The notes under the pieces: model-generated
Databases searched by the model: none
Told to the model about the DNA's origin: nothing
Seen by the model: the letters and a program-made list of their open reading frames with translations, nothing else
Part shown: piece by piece, positions 1 through 6,007 of the stretch
How positions within the stretch are numbered: the first letter of the stretch is position 1
Layout of the letters: every line of letters starts with the position of its first letter
Translations under genes and position numbers: made by a program
Assembly (NCBI RefSeq): GCF_006345805.1
Contig: NW_021829756.1
Location: 1-6,007, forward strand
DNA length: 6,007 nt
Reading direction: 5' to 3'
Origin: Octopus sinensis
Lineage: Eukaryota

Positions 1-574
1 CACATATATATGTACATATCACTAATTACTCGACAGGCTGGAAGTAGCAAGCATTATGTTTCGGTTTTTGGTCATAATTATAAATATCACACATCTTTGG
101 TTTGTGAAATTTATAATTAGCCCTCTCCTATGTCTAATTATTTTGCATCATAACCAGACACTGGGGATCTCAGAGGATTAATATATTTTTACATATTGAG
201 ATCATTGCTCACAATATACGAGAGTGAGGATTTCAGTGAAGTCTTGTTTAAAATTGAAAATGTCTGCGCTGATTGTGAAAAAGGGACAATGTACCAGATC
301 ACTGTTTCTATTAAAGATTTGTAGGCACGTAGTATTGTGTTATATAACCTTTTATATATACCATAACGTATAATAAATGTTTTTTATAAATCAACACCGC
401 ATTCTTCTGCGTTAGTAGTGCACTTTTACATTATTTTGTTAAGGTTATTTCTTCATATTTTGTGGTGGCGAAAGCGTAAATCAAGCTTGGACAGGAGACA
501 CAAAAAATACATACCCATAGAGACACACTCTCTCACCCTCACATATATGTATATGCTTATATGTGTGCGTTTTC

Positions 575-590
575 TGTGTGTGTGTGTGTG
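575..590. repeat. (TG)8 microsatellite
   Basis: Perfect TG dinucleotide run read directly. Confidence 0.95.
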
Positions 591-629
591 TTTTAAATAA
601 AATGAGGCAACAAAGCCAAGGGTTTGTGG

Positions 630-661
630 AATTTATAGGACATGTATAATTTATAGGACAT
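630..661. repeat. 14-bp direct repeat AATTTATAGGACAT x2
   Basis: Identical copies at 630-643 and 648-661, separated by GTAT. Confidence 0.9.
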
Positions 662-821
662 TTCTATAGAAATTATTACCAGCACTAATTTTTAATACAA
701 ACCATTCTCACTTCCAAACACATTGTTTTTATAGCCACCGCATACAGCGGTGTTATGTTATTGGATATAGCAATTTACATATTAAACGAAAAACTTAGTG
801 CTGGCTATAATTTCTATCGAA
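662..821. repeat. Imperfect long inverted repeat / foldback (MITE-like)
   Basis: Left arm 662-693 TTCTATAGAAATTATTACCAGCACTAATTTTT versus reverse complement of 789-821 TTCGATAGAAATTATAGCCAGCACTAAGTTTTT: 3 mismatches and 1 gap. A central hairpin CACCGC-ATACA-GCGGTG lies at 736-752. The inverted repeat is directly seen; MITE identity is inference and no clear target-site duplication was found. Confidence 0.75.
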
Positions 822-1034
822 TATTGTAAAAAGCCCTGCTAACGCAGTAGAACGAGGTAGTGACTTATAGAACTATTTACTAAATCATATACCATATTAT
901 GGTTGTATAACGATATACCACGTACGTATAAATCATTAATATCTACGTACGAGTTCAAGGAATGTATTTAATATGTAAATTGGTAAATTCTATGTATCTA
1001 TTTATCTTCCACATACAAACGCACACACATGCTG

Positions 1035-1060
1035 CTCTCTCTCTCTCTCTCTCTCTCTCT
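1035..1060. repeat. (CT)13 microsatellite
   Basis: Perfect CT run. Confidence 0.95.
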
Positions 1061-1204
1061 TTCACTGTATTTCTCTCTCACCAAGAACTTTTTCTGCTCC
1101 TCTTTTACTAAAAATACATCACAGCGTATATTTTGATTTCTCCTCTTATTTTCCCTCGTCTAATAAATGTGGCATACAAACAAACTGAAATCTGTTTGTC
1201 TCCG

Positions 1205-1520
1205 ATAAATAAGATCTGTACGCTGAGGAAAGTGTCATCCCAATAGTTGTAGGGACACTGGGACCCCTAAGAACCAGGTTTGAAGGATACTTTGGAGAAA
1301 TTCGGATTGACACGAGGGTAGTATATGCTAAAACAAAATCTGCTCTATTGGAGACAACGAGGACTTTGAGATAGGTACCTGGGAGTTAAGTATCGTGGAA
1401 AGTGACCCTGTGAGAAACTGGAAACACTAGGTTGCTGTCCTCTCTCATATTTTAGCGGAGCAACGAAAACCAAGATCTCTGAGAAGTTGAGTGAAAATAA
1501 TAATGATAATACTGATAATA
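1205..1520 (+). mobile_element. 5'-truncated R4/Dong-clade non-LTR retrotransposon remnant: C-terminus of restriction-like endonuclease domain, 3' UTR and TAA-type tail
   Basis: Frame 2 at 1211-1234 reads KICTLRKV. After a frameshift, frame 1 at 1234-1389 reads VIPIVVGTLGPLRTRFEGYFGEIRIDTRVVYAKTKSALLETTRTLR*VPGS*. This matches the R4/Dong C-terminal pattern IWxLRKVxVIPIVVGALG...QKSALLGTARILRKVL (family knowledge, not database-verified). It is followed by a ~105-nt UTR and a degenerate (AAT)n tail at 1496-1520. Confidence 0.85.
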
Positions 1521-1831
1521 TATACGACAGCTGAGTGTTATGAATAATTTTATTTTTGTCCATCTTATTTGTTTATTCTTAGACGATTGTTTGACGTCAG
1601 AATATTAGAAATTATCAATTAAAACGAATTTCTGAGAAAAATCAACCACCATCAAAACAGCAATCGTCTGGAAAGAGACAAGTATTGAAAAAAATGAATA
1701 AATAAATAAATATTATTAAACGATGACTTATCTCTTATTATGTTAGTGAATTTTTAATTAGCGAATTTGTTAATTACACATATCGACCAAAATGTTCATT
1801 ATTAGTCGCTTCACCGTTAGTACGACGTGAT

Positions 1832-2084
1832 TGCTAATGCTACTACTGCTGTTGTTGCTGTTACTACTACCTTACTACAACTACAACTACTACTACTACT
1901 ACTCTACTACTACTACTACTACTACTACTACTGCTACTACTACTACTACTACCACTACTAATACTGCTACTATGACGACGGCGGCGTCTACAACTACTGC
2001 TACCGTTGCTGTTTCTTCTATCTCTGTACCTACTAATACTGATACTGCTGCTGCCATTACCATCATCACCACTACTACTACTAT

Positions 2085-2124
<40 letters not shown>

Positions 2125-2170
2125 GCTGCTGCTGCTTGCTACTACTACTACGACTAATAATAATAATAAC

Positions 2171-2199
<29 letters not shown>
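1832..2199. repeat. Compound degenerate trinucleotide microsatellite (TAC/TGC/TTG blocks ending in (TAA)n at 2155-2199)
   Basis: Read directly. It is the source of the poly-T, poly-L, poly-S and poly-N pseudo-ORFs. Confidence 0.95.
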
Positions 2200-2201
<2 letters not shown>

Positions 2202-2274
2202 CATACATATACAACTACAAACACCACCACTACAGCTGATAGTTTAACCGTTGCTGTGTCTAATATCTCTACAT

Positions 2275-2311
2275 CTACTACTATTACTACTGCTACTACT
2301 ACTACTACTAC
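2275..2311. repeat. Imperfect (CTA)n microsatellite
   Basis: About 12 CTA-type units with two substitutions. Confidence 0.9.
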
Positions 2312-2481
2312 AGATACCATTGTTCGTGCTGTTTTATATACAACGACCTCATTCGTTTAAATGATCATATGTTATTTGTCATAAGAACGAAATTAACAAA
2401 TATCGCAGCAGAAACCAAAATAAACAAAGATAAAGAAAAAAAACATTAAGAGCCAACATAAATACGACCGAAAATAACACA

Positions 2482-2796
2482 CAAAATGGCGGATAATTTG
2501 TTAGCGTAAAGTCGAGTTGTGTGTAACATTGGTGGAATATTGATGCCAATCAAGGAGTTTTCTGTTGTATATTTTCCTTAAGATATAACGATTAATTCGC
2601 AGTTGGACCCTGCTTACAGTCTTAACGAAGCCAAGTCGGTTTTTTTTTCTTTATTTCCCGCCGATATTCGAATCAATAACACGTGAACACTTAACTGTCA
2701 CATAGAGGAATATGAAAGTGAAAGTAGAAATAACAAGTGATGTTTACATTGGGTTGGTTGTGTGATCAATAAATAGCTGGATTCTAAGCGCGCGAA
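2482..2796. promoter_or_regulatory. Candidate promoter: YY1-like, CCAAT, E2F/CDE-CHR-like and E-box motifs
   Basis: CAAAATGGCGG 2482-2492; ATTGG 2528-2532; CCAAT 2546-2550; TTTCCCGCC-GATA-TTCGAA 2654-2672; CACGTG 2680-2685; ATTGG 2748-2752; GCGCGCGAA 2788-2796. I count 19 CpGs in 2461-2820. Evidence is short motifs only and no downstream gene is visible. Confidence 0.3.
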
Positions 2797-2992
2797 GTAC
2801 GTTAATGTGTTGACCGGCCGTTCTCTAAGATGGGTGATGGGTGGAGTGTGACGTGGTGGGTTGTGCAGTGTTTTTCTATTGAATTCTATGGGATGATGTT
2901 GGGATGCATGCCTTAACGCTAGAGGAATTCAAGTCATTGAATCGATAAAAGCAACAATGGTTATAATACAGGCAAATAATATCAGGGAATTC

Positions 2993-3160
2993 GATGGTGG
3001 TGATGATGGTGATGCTGCTGCTGCTGCTGATGATGATGATGAAGACGACGACGATGTTGATGATGATGATGATGATGATGGTGATGATAATGATGATGAT
3101 GGTGATTATGATGAGGATGGCGGTGGTGATGATCGTCATCATCAATATGATGGTGGTGAT
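2993..3160. repeat. Degenerate (GAT/GGT/GCT/GAC)n trinucleotide tract
   Basis: Read directly. It produces the poly-Asp and poly-Ile pseudo-ORFs. Confidence 0.93.
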
Positions 3161-3396
3161 CAACTCATAACTCTGGCACACGCTAACAAATAACTAATCA
3201 ATTTGGATAGGCTATTGAATCGATCTCAACATATTTTTATTGACCCAGGATGGGTGCATAAATATAAAACATATAAAATAAAACTCAAGAGGAACCATTC
3301 GGTTATAACTTCCGAATGCAGCGGAAAATAAGAAAAGCCGAGATAGCTTATACTAGAAGCGTTTATATACTGTTTGTTATATTCCGCAACTACGCT

Positions 3397-3446
3397 ATAA
3401 TAATAATGATAATAATAATATTAATAATAATAATGATGATGATGAT
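3397..3446 (+). repeat. (AAT)n/(GAT)n tract at the 5' flank of the 3445-3869 insert
   Basis: ATAATAATAATGATAATAAT...GATGATGATGAT read directly. Confidence 0.93.
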
Positions 3447-3869
3447 ATTGTGCTCAATATCACAGATTTACTTCTCAGTTGTTTGACCATAACTAGTTGA
3501 TCGTGTCCCTTAATGTCTGACGATATGTGCAGCTCAGATCATGAGCAGAAATAGTGGCGGGGGGAATTATAGCCATGTGTTGAGAGGAATTCTTTGCGGT
3601 TTCTCTAATTCACCTCTGGAAACATGGGTGATTCGTTCAACATCCTTAAGGTACTTTTGAAAGAGATGGGGTACTCGACCTAAAGAAAATGCTATCTCGG
3701 CCCCACGTGAAAGATGTTTCTGTTGATATGAGATTAGCTTGTCGTGCACATTTGTTTGTGATGCATGTGCCTGGTCCTTTGTTATCAGACGGGTAGTCAT
3801 GATTGGAATAACAGGCTTCGCATATTGTACCCCAGTGTCACTTTGATGGCATGCAATGCTTTCTCACTC
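3445..3869 (+). mobile_element. Non-coding interspersed repeat inserted in an (AAT)n microsatellite (candidate non-autonomous retroposon / SINE-like)
   Basis: About 425 bp of complex sequence, more GC-rich than its flanks, with sharp junctions to AAT tracts on both sides. It ends ...GATGGCATGCAATGCTTTCTCACTC-(AAT)n. It resembles an abundant octopod repeat I recall ending CACTTTGATGGCATGCACTGCTCTCTCACTC(AAT)n; that is recollection, not a search result. Strand is inferred from the long 3' AAT tail. Confidence 0.6.
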
Positions 3870-3913
<44 letters not shown>

Positions 3914-3981
3914 CAACAATAACAAAAGTAATAATAATAATAATAATAATAACAATAATAATAATAATAACAACAACAATA

Positions 3982-4013
<32 letters not shown>
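3870..4013 (+). repeat. (AAT)n tail with AAC/AGT interruptions (48 triplets)
   Basis: (AAT)13(AAC)3 AAT AAC AAA AGT (AAT)7 AAC (AAT)5 (AAC)3 (AAT)2 AGT (AAT)9. Confidence 0.95.
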
Positions 4014-4017
<4 letters not shown>

Positions 4018-4271
4018 TAATGACCCTGTTTAACATGAACAGATTTTAATATTTCGATATAATATTAGGTAATGTATAAGGAAGTGGATACACACACTTA
4101 AGCGAATCGAATAAAAACAAACGACAAAGACAAGTCATTATTGATCACAAAAGCATTAAACAAATATATACACCCAACGGAAAAAATAGGGGTGGATATT
4201 AGTTTTTTGTCTTTGTTTCTTTATCTCGTTTGACTACATTTATTTGTTTATAATTATAGTAGCAGTGCTCT

Positions 4272-5106
4272 ATGAAATAAAACCCGGAGACCAGTACTAA
4301 AACGCAAGTAGGAATCACAATTAGCCAAAACTCAGAGGAAACATTAACAGTGACAAATCGGAAAAATGAAAATGATAATATCAGCGATGACAGTAATAAT
4401 AATGAAAGGAAACGGTTGGAATCCTCCTCATATCTTGAGTGATGATACATCTAGTGATGGTGTCACAATAAAAAACACTGGTAATTGCGCAGCCTGATAA
4501 TTGCTACCTCATATGACTGACAATGAAAGAACAAAGTATTGTGAATAAGGGTGGTAATGAAACCGATGGCATTGATGGGTGACAGTGTTGCACCAGGCAG
4601 GCTCAGAGATACTTGTTCGAGCCCAGCCTGTCGTTACCCAGCAATGGACCAGCACACACGGCGTAGATACAATAAACATGTCAATGCTGTGGTCACGGAG
4701 TGTTGCTCCCTAAGCAACCCTCTAGACGAAAATCGTGTTCATATTAGGAGATACCAACTAACATATGTATGATCAATGGGGAGAAAGATTATTGTTTCAA
4801 CTCACGGAACAGAGATTATGTGATCAAGCTAGAGTAAAAATGAGAAAAGAAAACGTAGGTTCACAGAAGTAGATCTCGGAGCTGTCGAAAGACGGGTATT
4901 GGAAAACAGCAGAGAAAGGAAACGATGAAATTACAGTTCTTATGGATAAAAATAATCTCATAGCAGAAAAGAGAAGTGAAATCTTTAATAAACCACAGGA
5001 AAGGAGCAGTGATAACTTACTGGATGCGAGCCATATACATGGTTTTGAAGGAGACAATAGAAGTAATGGTGACATGAGAGATGGGCATAAAGCAATCTAC
5101 GACAGC
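4272..5106 (+). mobile_element. Decayed N-terminal fragment of an R4/Dong-clade non-LTR retrotransposon ORF (3'-truncated, multiple frameshifts and stops)
   Basis: Frame 3 at 4581-4760: DSVAPGRLRDTCSSPACRYPAMDQHTRRRYNKHVNAVVTECCSLSNPLDENRVHIRRYQL. Frame 1 at 4765-4845: MYDQWGERLLFQLTEQRLCDQARVKMR. Frame 3 at 4860-4907: FTEVDLGAVERRVLEN. Joined, these fit the R4-clade N-terminal pattern RRKWxxExNxxVMECYYLSxP...RGYRxRMxxxWxERG.F..TEQRLxDQARxIRKNGWxTEVELExIKRRV (family knowledge). Polar N/D/E/S-rich open stretches flank it at 4281-4439 and 4873-5106. The 5' boundary is uncertain (4250-4400). Confidence 0.8.
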
Positions 5107-5122
5107 ATATATATATATATAT
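5107..5122. repeat. (AT)8 microsatellite
   Basis: Perfect run at the junction between the R4 fragment and the SINE-like tail. Confidence 0.95.
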
Positions 5123-5239
5123 CACGTGACCACGTGACCGACCAGGCTATCAGATGTTGCTACACATCGCTGGTCACAATGCGTTCTTCGCATTGTTTTA
5201 GCCTTCGAATGAACCCACCCCGCTGGCTAAGCAAGCAGG

Positions 5240-5242
<3 letters not shown>
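5123..5242 (-). mobile_element. 5'-truncated SINE/LINE-type 3' tail fragment embedded in (TA)n
   Basis: 120 bp of GC-balanced sequence between two (AT)n tracts. It contains a perfect 8-bp stem-loop ACAATGCG-TTCTT-CGCATTGT (5176-5196), a nested hairpin at 5140-5175, and a terminal tandem CACGTGAC x2 (5123-5138). It resembles the 3' end of a tRNA-derived octopod SINE as I recall it (unverified). No tRNA head is present in this copy. Confidence 0.55.

Positions 5243-5316
<74 letters not shown>
5243..5316. repeat. (AT)33 microsatellite with a short interrupted extension
   Basis: Perfect run at 5243-5308, then AATATATA. Confidence 0.95.
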
Positions 5317-5317
<1 letters not shown>

Positions 5318-5462
5318 GTTTTTATTATTATTTTGCTATTTACTTAATCATCGCTATATTACTGTTATTTTTATTTTTAATATTTCTATTATATGTAATT
5401 TTGTAGATGGTGTAATTTAATTCCTCATTTTGAATTGTAAAAATGTGTTTTTTTCTAATTTT

Positions 5463-5482
5463 TATATATATATATATATATA
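5463..5482. repeat. (TA)10 microsatellite
   Basis: Perfect run. Confidence 0.95.
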
Positions 5483-5569
5483 TTATATTTTGTGAAATTT
5501 GATTTTGGTATTTCTAAATTGAATTTTTCCCTGTAAGTTAGGATAATAATCCCTCAAATAATTATTTTG

Positions 5570-5601
<32 letters not shown>

Positions 5602-5620
5602 ATAAATATATAAATATATA

Positions 5621-5651
<31 letters not shown>
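5570..5651. repeat. Interrupted (TA)n microsatellite
   Basis: TA runs with AAT, AAA and CA interruptions. Confidence 0.92.
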
Positions 5652-5657
<6 letters not shown>

Positions 5658-5666
5658 CATTCGTAC

Positions 5667-5669
<3 letters not shown>

Positions 5670-5706
<37 letters not shown>

Positions 5707-5708
5707 GT
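5670..5708. repeat. (GT)15 microsatellite with a degenerate extension
   Basis: Perfect GT run at 5671-5700, then GCGTGTGT. Confidence 0.95.
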
Positions 5709-5932
5709 ATGTATAAGTACGTATGCTTGTATTGTGTATTGCTGTGTACATATTTTTAAGTGGATGTATGTGTGCGATTGGTTTCGATGGTTTCAGAAAG
5801 ACCCATTTCTGGGATTCACTAAATAAATATCGAACACTCTGTAATTGCCTCGGTGTTGTTCGATCCGTATCGAGGAGGATATTTGCAGGAATATTGAAAG
5901 TCGTGATTTTGATGGTTGCCGTGAAGGTGGTG

Positions 5933-6007
5933 GTGAGGGCGGTCGTCGTATTGGCGATAGTATTTGCTCTGGTCATAATGATGTTGCTGTTGATGTTTGC
6001 TGATAAT
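5933..6007. repeat. Highly degenerate GGT/GAT/GTT trinucleotide-like low-complexity tract, probably continuing past the window end
   Basis: GGTGGTGGTGAG...GATGTTGCTGTTGATGTTTGCTGATAAT. Confidence 0.45.

Noticed and set aside
154-324. Stop-free + frame PDTGDLRGLIYFYILRSLLTIYESEDFSEVLFKIENVCADCEKGTMYQITVSIKDL, and a possible 56-nt minus-strand exon (213-268) with CAG/GTGAGC boundaries
   Set aside because: No recognisable homology, and the length is compatible with chance. TBLASTX or RNA-seq would be needed to revive either call.
418-600. 60-aa ORF
   Set aside because: GTG start, no recognisable domain, and it ends in a TG microsatellite.
1345-1563. 72-aa minus-strand ORF
   Set aside because: Antisense to the R4 fragment's C-terminus, UTR and tail; no independent coding evidence.
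1831-2360. Four overlapping ORFs (poly-Thr, Ser, Leu, Asn, Ile)
   Set aside because: Direct translations of trinucleotide microsatellites in multiple frames and on both strands.
2374-2461. Minus-strand 26-aa hydrophobic mini-ORF (MLALNVFFLYLCLFWFLLRYLLISFL) and + strand ATGGCG mini-ORF MADNLLA at 2486
   Set aside because: Hydrophobicity follows from T-rich composition, and both are too short to support without expression data.
2831-2860. G-rich tract as a possible G-quadruplex
   Set aside because: Only three GGG runs with irregular spacing; not a canonical G4.
2876-3193. Poly-Asp (+) and poly-Ile (-) ORFs resembling acidic or membrane proteins
   Set aside because: Both arise from one degenerate (GAT)n tract; no non-repeat domain or splice support.
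3296-3356. Hairpin plus downstream CTAG as a Helitron 3' end
   Set aside because: The CTAG (3353-3356) is about 35 nt from the hairpin, much farther than the usual ~10-12 nt.
3567-3800. Minus-strand 77-aa ORF with SLGRVPHLFQKYLKDV, superficially like the R4 C-terminal ALGxVP...YLKxI motif
   Set aside because: It lacks the preceding VIPIVVG and the following ALLGTARILR motifs. On that strand the flanking repeat is (TTA)n rather than the (TAA)n tail seen for the genuine R4 end.
3765-4049. Poly-Asn (+) and poly-Leu (-) ORFs
   Set aside because: Translations of the (AAT)n tail.
4199-5310. ORFs 4199..4450(-), 4551..4772(+), 4824..5075(-) and 4942..5310(+) as independent genes
   Set aside because: The + ORFs are pieces of the frameshifted R4 pseudo-ORF, the last reading on into the SINE tail and (TA)n. 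The - ORFs are their antisense.
5409-5538. Acceptor TTTTGTAG|ATG and donor GTAAGT suggesting an exon
   Set aside because: The reading ATG GTG TAA stops at once, and the interval contains a (TA)10 run in extremely AT-rich sequence.
5483-5976. Minus-strand ORFs of 61 aa and 107 aa
   Set aside because: Dominated by IY and TH dipeptide repeats from (TA)n and (TG)n plus low-complexity Thr-rich sequence.
1-6007. CRISPR array, tRNA/rRNA genes, prokaryotic operon or defence system
   Set aside because: No regularly spaced 23-47-bp repeats with unique spacers, no cloverleaf or rRNA-like sequence, and no gene-dense coding structure. The DNA has eukaryotic repeat architecture.

Overview
This is AT-rich, microsatellite-dense eukaryotic non-coding DNA. 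It is most likely a coleoid cephalopod (octopus-like) intron or intergenic region; that assignment is an inference from repeat composition and my unverified recollection of two octopod repeat families. I can support no intact protein-coding gene, RNA gene or CRISPR array, and nearly all ORFs in the track are artefacts of simple repeats. The main content is a set of decayed retroelements that the ORF track largely hides. (1) 1205-1520 (+) is the C-terminal end, 3' UTR and TAA-type tail of an R4/Dong-clade non-LTR retrotransposon with a restriction-like endonuclease. (2) ~4272-5106 (+) is a frameshifted N-terminal fragment of an R4/Dong-type ORF that stops abruptly at a (TA)n tract. (3) 3445-3869 is a ~425-bp non-coding insert flanked on both sides by (AAT)n, a candidate non-autonomous TAA-targeting retroposon. 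(4) 5123-5242 (-) is a 120-bp SINE/LINE-type 3' tail with two stem-loops, embedded in (TA)n. There is also a 160-bp foldback (662-821) and a weak candidate cell-cycle-type promoter (2482-2796). The best candidate for a 'system' is an R4/Dong LINE plus non-autonomous partner(s) targeting TAA microsatellites. The clade is known, but the particular partner relationship would need to be tested.
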